NCBI GenBank assembly: GCA_964558375.1
Contig: CAZLCD010000003.1
Span: 155 to 64,154 of the forward strand
DNA from: an uncultured Candidatus Saccharibacteria bacterium
Lineage (GTDB): Bacteria > Patescibacteriota > Minisyncoccia > Phycocordibacterales > PALSA-1337
Direction: 5' to 3'
DNA: 64,000 nucleotides
A program made the translations under genes and the position numbers. The notes beneath the pieces were generated by a model. It was given only the letters and a program-made list of their open reading frames with translations, ran no database searches and was not told the DNA's origin. Shown piece after piece: positions 38,702 to 47,657 of this stretch (positions within the stretch are counted from its first letter, which is position 1; every line of letters starts with the position of its first letter).

Positions 38702-40132
38702 ATGCTTACTGTAATCGGAAATATCAGAATAAATTCCCTCTCACATCTTGAACACTTTAAGAATTCATTAAAATCTTTTGATGGAGCGAGTGATAACTGG
38801 CTAATAAATATCCGTGGAACTTTCCGTGATGAAGCAATTACTTTCCTAAAGAGTGAGTTAGGTAATAAACTAGTACCCTTTAAACTACTGGATGAATCTA
38901 GAGGGTGGATGGTTAATTCCCTTGAAATGCTCAAGGAGGCTAAGTATGACTATGTTTTAGTTTGGAATGAAGATCATCTAAACATTGCATCAGCAAAAGA
39001 TTTGGTTGATGTAGTTTCAGATATGAAAAAGGTAAAAGCTGACTACCTCTGCTATAGTTGGTGGCTTCTGGGAAAGTCTAGAGAAGCTTTTGATAAGTTG
39101 GGAAATAAAATAGGGTTTAAAAAAGAAAAATACATTAGTCACTTAAAACTAGATCAAGATAAGTGGAAAATGATACGAGATACTGGATATCCATATTTCA
39201 TAATATCCATGTGTGGAATTTTTAGAAAAGAATTTCTTCAGTCTATGTGGAAAAAAGACCAAAGAAGATTGCCGTTTTTCTTCAAAAAGATGGTATTCAA
39301 ATTCTTTGGATTGTTCACTAAGCTTAAAATTATGTCTCCTTATGGACACAAGGAGTTGTTTGAGAAGATAAATAGATTTGTATTTAGAAACAAGATTCGT
39401 AAATATCCGACGTATCTTCCTTTTGAAATGGAAAAGGGTCCAGAGAGAGTAGATATGTTACCTCTAAACTTTGCCTTCTCTAACAAAGAAATATTTGCTT
39501 GTATTGACGATAATGTGAATATGGAAGGATACTCATTGAGTGATAGAGGGTTGTATAAAAATTCAAAGAACAATAGACCTATAAAGGAACACCTAGACAC
39601 CATACTTTCAGAGATAAGAACTGTTCTTTCTAAGGTAGATGAAAAACAGGTTGATATGTTTGTTAAGTATATACTTTCTGCAAGAAGAATTGTTGCTTCT
39701 GGGGCGGGAAGAGTTGGAATGGCTGTGAAGGGTTTTGTTATGAGACTAAAGCATATGGGACTTGATGCATATATTCTAGGTGACGCTAACGTTCCCTCGA
39801 TAAAGCCACAAGATCTTTTCTTGGTGTGTTCTGGATCTGGTGAGACTCAGACAATATATGAACTAACTTTAATTGCTCAGAAAAATCAAACACCAATCGC
39901 TCTTGTAACAGGAAATCCTGAATCTCGCATGGGAAAGATTGCTAATACAATAGTTGAGATTAAAGCCCCTTCAAAAGTTAAAAAGGTTGATAACTTTGTA
40001 TCAATACAACCTATGACAACTCTAAACGAACAATCCCTAGCTATATTTTTTGATGCAATAGTTTTGAAGTTGATGGATGAACTGAACGAAACACACGAGA
40101 CTATGTGGGAGAGACATTCTAATTTGGAATAA
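38702..40132 (+). CDS. two-domain protein: uncharacterised N-terminal domain (~300 aa) plus C-terminal SIS (sugar-isomerase) domain
   Basis: C-terminal SIS motifs RIVASGAGRVGMAVKGFVMRLKHMG…LFLVCSGSGETQTIYEL…ALVTGNPESRMGKIANTIVEI, as in GmhA/KpsF/PHI-type phosphosugar isomerases. Confidence 0.6.
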   Translation: MLTVIGNIRINSLSHLEHFKNSLKSFDGASDNWLINIRGTFRDEAITFLKSELGNKLVPFKLLDESRGWMVNSLEMLKEAKYDYVLVWNEDHLNIASAKDLVDVVSDMKKVKADYLCYSWWLLGKSREAFDKLGNKIGFKKEKYISHLKLDQDKWKMIRDTGYPYFIISMCGIFRKEFLQSMWKKDQRRLPFFFKKMVFKFFGLFTKLKIMSPYGHKELFEKINRFVFRNKIRKYPTYLPFEMEKGPERVDMLPLNFAFSNKEIFACIDDNVNMEGYSLSDRGLYKNSKNNRPIKEHLDTILSEIRTVLSKVDEKQVDMFVKYILSARRIVASGAGRVGMAVKGFVMRLKHMGLDAYILGDANVPSIKPQDLFLVCSGSGETQTIYELTLIAQKNQTPIALVTGNPESRMGKIANTIVEIKAPSKVKKVDNFVSIQPMTTLNEQSLAIFFDAIVLKLMDELNETHETMWERHSNLE

Positions 40133-40133
40133 T

Positions 40134-40826
40134 ATGAAGAAGAATATAAAAACTAAAAAGAATAATACTTATGGACTAGCTGCATCTCTAGTATGTGCAG
40201 ATATGTTGAATATAAGAGGAGAGATAGAGAAACTTGAAAGAGGTGGAGTAGAATATATCCACTTTGACGTAATGGATAATCAATTTGTACCAAGATTCGG
40301 ACTTCATCCAGAAATTCTTCAATCAATAAAGAAAATAACTAAGATTCCTGTAGATGTTCATCTAATGGTTGATGATCCAGAGAATGCAATAAAGGTATTT
40401 GCAGACGCTGGAGCAGATATTATAGTAGTTCATGAAGAATCAACAGCTCAACTTCATAGACTAATAAAACTAATAAAAGCTACTGGAAAGAAAGCTGGAG
40501 TTGCTCTAAATCCTGCTACAAGCCTATCAACCCTAGACTATATTCTAAACGATATAGATCTTGTAATGCTAATGGCTATTAATCCTGGAATACTAGGTCA
40601 TAAATTGATTCCTGAAATGATGGACAAGATATCTGCGTTAAAGCTTAAACTTAGAAATTATCCCAATATGATAATAGAAATTGATGGAGGGGTAACACCT
40701 GAAAGTGCTAAAGAAATGGTTAAAAGAGGAGCAAATCTGCTAGTTTGTGGTACTTCAACTATATTTAAACCAGAGGGTGATGTTGATGTAAAGATAAAGG
40801 AATTGAAGAAAATTCTTGATAAATAG
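40134..40826 (+). CDS. rpe: ribulose-phosphate 3-epimerase family protein
   Basis: LAASLVCADMLNIRGEI…YIHFDVMDNQFVPRFGLHP…DVHLMV…MAINPGILGHKLIP…IEIDGGV…CGTSTIF follows the Rpe signature (SILSAD…HxDVMDGxFVPN…DVHLMV…NPGFGGQ…VDGG…GSAIF) throughout. Confidence 0.8.
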   Translation: MKKNIKTKKNNTYGLAASLVCADMLNIRGEIEKLERGGVEYIHFDVMDNQFVPRFGLHPEILQSIKKITKIPVDVHLMVDDPENAIKVFADAGADIIVVHEESTAQLHRLIKLIKATGKKAGVALNPATSLSTLDYILNDIDLVMLMAINPGILGHKLIPEMMDKISALKLKLRNYPNMIIEIDGGVTPESAKEMVKRGANLLVCGTSTIFKPEGDVDVKIKELKKILDK

Positions 40827-40850
40827 CAATAGAAAGAGTAATGTAAACAC

Positions 40851-42056
40851 ATGAAAGTCTTAATCCCGATAGATGAGACAAAGTTCCATTTCGGTGAACT
40901 AACTAAACATACAAACCCTGGTCTAATTCGTGTTGGAAAGAAGCCAATAATTTCATATATTATAGAATCATATCCAAAAGATACTGAGTTCATTTTAGCC
41001 CTAGACTACAAAAAAGATCATATAAAAGATTTCCTAACTCTCGTATATCCTAAACAAAGTTTCAAGATAATCTCGCTATCAGAAATAGATTCTTTTTCAA
41101 AAGAACCTTTTCTATATCATCCAACAAACTTAATTAGAGATATTAAAGCTCTACATAAAGCACGTAAGAATACTTATGATAAGTTTGATAATCTTGATAA
41201 GGTAGATGAGTCACTCTTCTTCTTTGAAGATTTCGCTATAAAATTCTTTGCGGATGGTAGAAAAATAAAGAGTCGTGTGCAGAGAGGGAAGATGTTGGGG
41301 AATCTGGTGCCAAAAACTCTACAGGTAAAAAATAATTTCTATAAATACGCATATATAAAAGGAGATACATATTCTGATGTAGCTACTCCACATAATTTCT
41401 CACAATTCCTGCACTGGGCAAAGGTAAAACTATGGAAGCCGAAGAAACACCTTTCAGAAAAAGAATTCAATAGTGTCTGTTTTGATTTCTATCAAACAAA
41501 GACAAAGGAAAGAATTGCTAAGTTTCTAGATTCTCATAATATTTCAGATTCAGAAATGATAATAAATGGAGAGAAGATTCCATCTATTGAAACTCTGCTA
41601 TCTCAAATTGATTTTGGTCATATTTCATCAGGAATCCAGACACAATTTCATGGAGATCTGATTCTTGAAAACATTCTTCTAGATAAGAAAGAATATACAC
41701 TTCTAGATTGGAGACAAGATTTTGGAGGAGTATTGCATGCTGGAGATATGTACTACGATCTAGCTAAACTTTATCATAATCTAGTTGTTAACCATGACAT
41801 AATAAGTAAGGATAGGTTTGTTATAGACGTTAAGAAGAACAGAGTTATATGTTCAATAGAAAGAAAACCTCATCTCGTTGTATGTGAGAAAACTTTTGAA
41901 GAATTTGTAATATCTCAGAAACTAGACTTAAGAAAGATAAAAATACTAAGAGCTATAATATGGCTAAATATGTCTCCATTACACCATCATCCATTCAGTC
42001 TTTTTCTTTACTACTTCGGGAAGTATAATCTTTGGAAAGCCGTTAATGAAAAATAA
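40851..42056 (+). CDS. fusion protein: degenerate sugar-phosphate nucleotidyltransferase-like N-domain plus APH/choline-kinase-like C-domain (LicC-LicA-like architecture)
   Basis: N-terminus VLIPIDETKFHFGELTKHTNPGLIRVGKKPIISYIIESYPKDTEF is a clear paralogue of the standalone nucleotidyltransferase at 42580 but lacks the G-x-G-(T/S)-R loop. C-terminus FHGDLILENILLDKKEYTLLDWRQDFGG is a kinase catalytic loop. Confidence 0.55.
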   Translation: MKVLIPIDETKFHFGELTKHTNPGLIRVGKKPIISYIIESYPKDTEFILALDYKKDHIKDFLTLVYPKQSFKIISLSEIDSFSKEPFLYHPTNLIRDIKALHKARKNTYDKFDNLDKVDESLFFFEDFAIKFFADGRKIKSRVQRGKMLGNLVPKTLQVKNNFYKYAYIKGDTYSDVATPHNFSQFLHWAKVKLWKPKKHLSEKEFNSVCFDFYQTKTKERIAKFLDSHNISDSEMIINGEKIPSIETLLSQIDFGHISSGIQTQFHGDLILENILLDKKEYTLLDWRQDFGGVLHAGDMYYDLAKLYHNLVVNHDIISKDRFVIDVKKNRVICSIERKPHLVVCEKTFEEFVISQKLDLRKIKILRAIIWLNMSPLHHHPFSLFLYYFGKYNLWKAVNEK

Positions 42057-42578
42057 ATGAAAAAAAAGATAATAAAAAACTTAATATTAGATGTTGACGG
42101 AGTCTTCACTGATGGTCAGTTTCACTATACCACAGAAGGCAAGACTGCAAAGATATTTGGTCCAGATGATAACGATGGTCTAGCTCTAATAAGACCATAT
42201 CTTAATATAGTTGCTGTAACAGGTGACAAGAAGGGGTTTGAGATCACAAAGAAGAGAATTGATGATATGAAAATTCCTCTTTTTCAAGTCAGTACTTTTG
42301 AAAGAATACATTGGATAAAGTCACAAGGATACAATCTTTCAGAAACTGTATACATGGGAGATGGAATATTTGATGCTATGGTTTTTGATAAGGTTGGATA
42401 CAGTATTGCTCCAGCAAATGCATTCCCAGCAATAAAGAAATACGCTGATCATGTTACGAAACTTAGTGGAGGACATGGGGCTGTTGCTGAAGCTTGTCTG
42501 CATCTTCTAGAAAAGTTCTTTAAGAAAGTAGATATGCTTAATTTGAAAATACAGGAAGGAGAGTGGGGAAATAAATAA
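42057..42578 (+). CDS. HAD-superfamily IIIA phosphatase, KdsC-like (sugar-acid/sugar phosphate phosphatase)
   Basis: LILDVDGVFTDGQFHYTTEG (DxDG motif I), VTGDKK (motif II region), YMGDGIFDAMVFDKVG (motif III), and GGHGAVAEACLHLL as in KdsC. 173 aa. Confidence 0.7.
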   Translation: MKKKIIKNLILDVDGVFTDGQFHYTTEGKTAKIFGPDDNDGLALIRPYLNIVAVTGDKKGFEITKKRIDDMKIPLFQVSTFERIHWIKSQGYNLSETVYMGDGIFDAMVFDKVGYSIAPANAFPAIKKYADHVTKLSGGHGAVAEACLHLLEKFFKKVDMLNLKIQEGEWGNK

Positions 42579-42579
42579 T

Positions 42580-43302
42580 ATGAAATATAAAGTACTCATC
42601 ACTACATCAGGTACAGGTTCACGTTTGGGAGAACTGACAAAGAATACAAATAAGGCTATGGTTTTAATTAATGGAAGACCAACCATTAAATATATCTTTG
42701 ATTCATATACAAAAGATACTACTTTCGTAATAACTCTAGGATTTCTAGGTGATCAAGTTAAGGATTTTCTTCTAAAGAGATATCCAGAATATAACTTTGA
42801 ATTTGCTGTTGTAGATAAGTATATAGGAGATGGAAGTAGTCTTCTATACTCAATGCTATGTGCTAAAGACTATCTACAATGTGCATTTATCTTCCATGCA
42901 TGTGACACTATCGTTACAGAAAAGATTCCAGAACCAATAGAGGATTGGGTAATTGGGTATGTCATAGATCCTGCAACAACTACGATGGATGTAAAACAAT
43001 ATCGAAGTCATGATGTTAAGGATGGGTATCTAGCTAAGGTTAATGACAAGGGGGTAATGAAGTTCAATTCAATTCATATTGGTATGACTGGAATATATAG
43101 CTACCAAACTTTTTGGAAAGTCGTAGAAGAGATGTATAAAAATGATCCAACGAATCAGGCTCTAGGAGATGTTCCTGTTATAGAAAAACTTATGGATTTA
43201 GGAGTAAGGTTTAAATGGATTCCTTTTAAAAATTGGCTTGATACTGGTAACCCCCAAGCACTTAAGGAGACTGAACAATTTATTATAAAAAGTAGTTTAT
43301 AA
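42580..43302 (+). CDS. sugar-phosphate nucleotidyltransferase (LicC/RmlA/GlmU N-domain family)
   Basis: VLITTSGTGSRLGELTKNTNKAMVLINGRPTIKYI matches the G-x-G-T-R-L…T…PK…L nucleotide-binding signature. Confidence 0.65.
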   Translation: MKYKVLITTSGTGSRLGELTKNTNKAMVLINGRPTIKYIFDSYTKDTTFVITLGFLGDQVKDFLLKRYPEYNFEFAVVDKYIGDGSSLLYSMLCAKDYLQCAFIFHACDTIVTEKIPEPIEDWVIGYVIDPATTTMDVKQYRSHDVKDGYLAKVNDKGVMKFNSIHIGMTGIYSYQTFWKVVEEMYKNDPTNQALGDVPVIEKLMDLGVRFKWIPFKNWLDTGNPQALKETEQFIIKSSL

Positions 43303-43312
43303 TAACTCATGT

Positions 43313-44200
43313 ATGACATACAAATCTCTAAAGACTAGAATAAAGGATATAACTAGAAAATATGCTCCATTGATATATCCTTTTGTATATAAAGCGTCTC
43401 TAAGATTTTCTAATTCTAAAATTGAGAAAAGTAGGATAGAGAAATACTCACGATTTGTAAGACCTGGATTCTATCCATTCGAACTTGGGAAAATTAAATT
43501 CGATATGAAGCTCGATCCAGCTAATGGGGGAGTTGATATGGATATCTTTGCTGATAAATACTATGAATCAAAGATACTTGAGTTAGTAGGTTCTCTTTTG
43601 AAAAAGGAAGATACTTTCATAGATATTGGAGCTAATATTGGTCAACATTCTATGTATGCTTCATATTTCTGTAAACATGTATATAGTTTTGAACCAGTAA
43701 AGAAACTTTTCAATCAGTTTAATGAATCAATCTCGAAGAATGTAATTTTAAATATATCTACATATAACTACGCTTTAGGAAATGAGAAAAAGAGAATGCC
43801 AATATATTCAAATGGAGTCAGTATGGCAGCTTCTTCTATAAATACAGTTAAGAACAAGAAGTATATACAAGATATACAAATATTAAGATTTGATGATGTA
43901 TATGAAAAAATGAATATTGGAAAAGCTGAATTAATTAAAATAGATGTGGAAGGGTATGAGTTAGAAGTCCTTTTGGGGGCAAAGGAGTATATCAATAAAT
44001 ATAAACCAAAGATTCTTCTAGAATTCAGTCCATATTTCTATAGAAGAATAGATGCAACAATATCAGACAAGATTATTTCTTTCCTCGTCGACTCTAAATA
44101 TAAAGTATATGACTTAGGAGAATATAATGATAAGAGAATTCCCATATTTAAATTAAAGGATATAAGTAATACAGATCAGGTTAATCTTTTGTGTGAATAA
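43313..44200 (+). CDS. FkbM-family SAM-dependent methyltransferase
   Basis: FIDIGANIGQHSMYAS (motif I, FkbM type) and LIKIDVEGYELEVLLGA (the FkbM-family DxEGxE block). Confidence 0.65.
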   Translation: MTYKSLKTRIKDITRKYAPLIYPFVYKASLRFSNSKIEKSRIEKYSRFVRPGFYPFELGKIKFDMKLDPANGGVDMDIFADKYYESKILELVGSLLKKEDTFIDIGANIGQHSMYASYFCKHVYSFEPVKKLFNQFNESISKNVILNISTYNYALGNEKKRMPIYSNGVSMAASSINTVKNKKYIQDIQILRFDDVYEKMNIGKAELIKIDVEGYELEVLLGAKEYINKYKPKILLEFSPYFYRRIDATISDKIISFLVDSKYKVYDLGEYNDKRIPIFKLKDISNTDQVNLLCE

Positions 44201-44263
44201 TAAACGGCACTTTTAGATATAAGTCAATATATCGTTATCTGTATAAATAAGTACAATTACTTC

Positions 44264-45415
44264 ATGAAAATATTTAATGATTATATCGAAAGAAAAAAGA
44301 GTATTATCACTAACAAAGAAGGTTTGGAACATCTATATACATTCAAAAACTTCCCAATTTTTTTTGGTTGCGTAGACTCCCCACAAGATGAGGATTTGTT
44401 TGCTAATATGGAATGGGCTATTGATAAGGAGACGGGAGTAATACAACTTACTAAACTAATACCTCTGGATATTTTGTACCAGGCTCAACATGTTGATGGA
44501 TATGGACCAACTTGGCAACAGTATTATAAAGATCTCGCTGATTATATAGTTAAATATAATCCAGAATTAGTTCTAGAAATAGGTGGTGGACAAGGTCAAT
44601 TAGCTACATTTGTTACAGATAAATTAAAAAATTTAAATTGGACTATAGTTGAACCAAACTCTTGGCATGAGGGAAATGACAGAATTAAGACAGTTTCTGC
44701 TTTTTTTGATAAAAACTTTTTGTACGATAAAAAAGTAGACGCTGTTGTTTTTTCACAAGTACTTGAACATGCTTTTGATCCTAATGAATTTATCTCCGCT
44801 ATCTCTAAGTTTCTAAAACCAGGAGGAAAACTTATATTTGCTTACCCACAACTTGAGGTGTGGCTTAAAAATAAATTTACTAATGCTTTGAATTTTGAAC
44901 ATACAATGTTCCTAACCGATTATTTTGTAGATTTTATCCTAGAATCTAATTCATTTAAAATTTTAGATAAATATACTTACAAAACACACAGTCATTTTTA
45001 TGTAGCTGAACGTCTAGGTGTAGATACTCCAGCTGTTAATCTTGCTAAACTTGATAATAAATATGAATCATACAAAGAGATATTTAATGATTTTATTAAA
45101 TATCATCAAGATATGGTTGATGATATCAATAAAAAAATTGAAAATGCAAAAGACCCAGTGTATTTATTCGGTGCTCATATATTCTCAGAATACCTACTTG
45201 CTTTCGGTCTTAATGATAAAAAGATAGTTTCTATACTAGATAATAGTCCCACTAAGAATAAAAAAAGATTATATGGAACTAGATTTGTTATAGAATCACC
45301 AAAGATTCTAGAAGGTAAGGGTAAGGTTAATCTAATACTGAAAGCTGGAATATATAATGAAGAGATCAAGAAAGACATATTACAAAATATTAACAGTGAA
45401 GTGGAATTTTGGTAA
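44264..45415 (+). CDS. class I SAM-dependent methyltransferase with C-terminal extension (sugar C/O-methyltransferase-like)
   Basis: LVLEIGGGQGQLATFV (motif I), VFSQVLEHAFDP, and ISKFLKPGGKLIF (motif III), plus a C-terminal ~130-aa domain as in three-domain sugar methyltransferases. Confidence 0.6.
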   Translation: MKIFNDYIERKKSIITNKEGLEHLYTFKNFPIFFGCVDSPQDEDLFANMEWAIDKETGVIQLTKLIPLDILYQAQHVDGYGPTWQQYYKDLADYIVKYNPELVLEIGGGQGQLATFVTDKLKNLNWTIVEPNSWHEGNDRIKTVSAFFDKNFLYDKKVDAVVFSQVLEHAFDPNEFISAISKFLKPGGKLIFAYPQLEVWLKNKFTNALNFEHTMFLTDYFVDFILESNSFKILDKYTYKTHSHFYVAERLGVDTPAVNLAKLDNKYESYKEIFNDFIKYHQDMVDDINKKIENAKDPVYLFGAHIFSEYLLAFGLNDKKIVSILDNSPTKNKKRLYGTRFVIESPKILEGKGKVNLILKAGIYNEEIKKDILQNINSEVEFW

Positions 45416-45424
45416 TAAAGTAAG

Positions 45425-46282
45425 ATGAACAAGCCAACTATATCGATCTGTACACTGATAAGAAGCGAAGCTCATCAAATGGAGAGTTTTCTCCTTGACC
45501 TTAAGGGCTTTGCTGATGAGGTAATTTTTGTTGACTCTGGCACTTCAACTGATGCAACAATTCCAATAATTAAAAAACATATTGATACGGGGGAGAATCA
45601 TATAAAACACCATAGCTTCATTGAGGAAGGTAAACCTCACTTCGGAAAAATAAGAAACTTTTGTTTGGAAAAGGCAACTATGGACTATGTAATTTTCCTC
45701 GATGCTGATGAGAGATTGAGTGAGGATTTCAAGAATGATATAAGAAAATATTTAAAGGAAAAGAATCCAAATGTAGTAAAGATCATAAGAATAGATGATT
45801 TGGTAACTAATCTTGTTGAGAATATAGATAGAATAATAAAGAATGATAAAAATATTTGGTATGGTACTGATGAAGGATCTAGAGCTCATGAGTATCCAAT
45901 ACATTCAGATAAATCAGAGATATTTCCGGAACCAATATGGCATAGTCAGAAAGAAGGACATTGGCTGCACTCTCCGCAGAGAATTCTTCACTGTATAGAT
46001 CTAGAAATATATCGTACTCCTAAAACAAAGACCTTCTTCGGACATTTACTACGAGGCTTGTGGCTGTTTCAATTCAAGTTTAAAAAAGTATATTTTCAAC
46101 AGAATGTACGTAAGAATGGCAGAGTTGGTTTAAAATATGCATTTATGAGAGCCCTTCAGGTGTTTATCATTCAATTGTTCGTAGGTCTTAAGCCTGGAGG
46201 GAAATATAAGTATTGGGAGAATCCAAATTATGAAAAGAATATGAAGTCAGCTTTAGATGAGCTTCATTTTAAAAACAAATAA
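45425..46282 (+). CDS. glycosyltransferase family 2-like protein
   Basis: ISICTLIRSEAHQM…EVIFVDSGTSTD…YVIFLDADERL (GT-A fold with DxD-type DAD/DADE). Confidence 0.55.
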   Translation: MNKPTISICTLIRSEAHQMESFLLDLKGFADEVIFVDSGTSTDATIPIIKKHIDTGENHIKHHSFIEEGKPHFGKIRNFCLEKATMDYVIFLDADERLSEDFKNDIRKYLKEKNPNVVKIIRIDDLVTNLVENIDRIIKNDKNIWYGTDEGSRAHEYPIHSDKSEIFPEPIWHSQKEGHWLHSPQRILHCIDLEIYRTPKTKTFFGHLLRGLWLFQFKFKKVYFQQNVRKNGRVGLKYAFMRALQVFIIQLFVGLKPGGKYKYWENPNYEKNMKSALDELHFKNK

Positions 46283-46931
46283 ATTTATGTATATATTTCA
46301 ACCAGAACGCATCATTCTTCGAGAGCAGGTAATAAAACACTCCAGCTATATCACTGGAAAAACTCTAGATGTTGGGGCTGGTGAAGGGGGAAGATACAAA
46401 GGATTGTTTCCATGTACTGAATATATAACTATGGATGTAGATAAGAATGCTGGAGTTGATATTGTGGGAAGAGCAGAGAAAATACCCCTAGCTGACGCTA
46501 GTGTTGATTCTATAGTTTGTACTCAGGTTATGGAACATCTCAATTTACCTTTCGACGCAGTTAAAGAGTTTTATCGTATATTAAAACCTGGAGGTCATAT
46601 ACTCGTAACTGCTCCTCAGATGAATGAATTACATGAAGAACCTAATGATTTCTTTCGATATACAAAATTTGGACTATTGAGTATGTTTGAAAAGGTTGGT
46701 TTCAATACAATCAAATATGAACAGAGAGGTGGTTTTTTTACCACTAGAGCCCAGATTCTAATACGTTATCTGATTGATCGTCTAAGATTATATAAGAGAC
46801 CAATTTTAGGTAAAATATTAGGTAAGTTTATTCTTGTGTATGGTAAGTTTATGATGTGGCTTGATACTCTAGACAAGAGTGAAGCTAACAGAAAAAATAC
46901 ACTAGGTTGGTGTTTTGTATTTTCTAAATAA
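46257..46931 (+). CDS. class I SAM-dependent methyltransferase
   Basis: TLDVGAGEGGRYKGLF (motif I), IVCTQVMEHL, and YRILKPGGHILVTAP (motif III). Confidence 0.65.
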   Translation: MSFILKTNKFMYIFQPERIILREQVIKHSSYITGKTLDVGAGEGGRYKGLFPCTEYITMDVDKNAGVDIVGRAEKIPLADASVDSIVCTQVMEHLNLPFDAVKEFYRILKPGGHILVTAPQMNELHEEPNDFFRYTKFGLLSMFEKVGFNTIKYEQRGGFFTTRAQILIRYLIDRLRLYKRPILGKILGKFILVYGKFMMWLDTLDKSEANRKNTLGWCFVFSK

Positions 46932-46939
46932 TTTTATAT

Positions 46940-47653
46940 ATGATCAATAAAAAAGAACTAGCAGGGATATTGTCAGGAATAGAGGGCTTCTTAACTCTAG
47001 AGGAAGGAAAATTACTTTTTGATTTGGCTAAAAATACCAAAACAGATTCAATAGTTGAAATAGGTTCTTGGAAGGGAAAGTCTACTGTATGTTTAGGGTT
47101 AGGATCAAAAGAAGGATCTGGAATAAAAATATATGCAATAGATCCACATACAGGAAGTCTGGAGCATCAAAATGAATTTAAGGGAAATGTTTGGACATTT
47201 GATATTTTTAAAGAAAATGTTAGAAGGTCAGGTATTGAAGATATGATAGTGCCTATAGTCAAACCTTCTGGAGAAGCTGTGAAGGATTTCAATCAAGAAG
47301 TATCTCTTATATTTATTGATGGAGCTCATGAGTACGATGCCGTAAAAAAAGATTTTGAAGATTGGATTTCAAAGATTGTTGATGGAGGTGTTGTTGCCTT
47401 CCATGATACTATTGGTTGGGCTGGTCCACGTAAGGTTGTAGAAGAGTATCTTTATAAATCTAATAACTTTATAAATATAGGATTCGTAGATTCCATTACT
47501 TACGGAACTAAGGTGTCTAATAATAACCTATTAGATAGGATTAAAAATAGATATATTTTATGTCTAAGAGATTTTTCGGAATATGTTCGTCCTCTACCAA
47601 TACCTAAAGTTATTAAAAAAACAGGAAAGAAGATATTAAATATATTCACATAA
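46940..47653 (+). CDS. class I SAM-dependent methyltransferase (CmcI/O-MTase family-3-like)
   Basis: SIVEIGSWKGKSTVCL, SLIFIDGAHEYDAVKKDFEDW and GGVVAFHD, the pattern of Methyltransf_24/CmcI-like enzymes. Confidence 0.5.
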   Translation: MINKKELAGILSGIEGFLTLEEGKLLFDLAKNTKTDSIVEIGSWKGKSTVCLGLGSKEGSGIKIYAIDPHTGSLEHQNEFKGNVWTFDIFKENVRRSGIEDMIVPIVKPSGEAVKDFNQEVSLIFIDGAHEYDAVKKDFEDWISKIVDGGVVAFHDTIGWAGPRKVVEEYLYKSNNFINIGFVDSITYGTKVSNNNLLDRIKNRYILCLRDFSEYVRPLPIPKVIKKTGKKILNIFT

Positions 47654-47657
47654 ATAT

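Noticed and set aside
38702-40826. Interpreting the SIS-domain protein plus the OMPDC-fold neighbour as a PHI/HPS ribulose-monophosphate pair
   Set aside because: The second protein carries the Rpe-specific HFDVMDxxFVP and DVHLMV blocks rather than the HPS pattern, and the SIS domain is fused to a large unknown N-terminal domain. It is treated as an Rpe-family epimerase in a sugar-activation operon instead.
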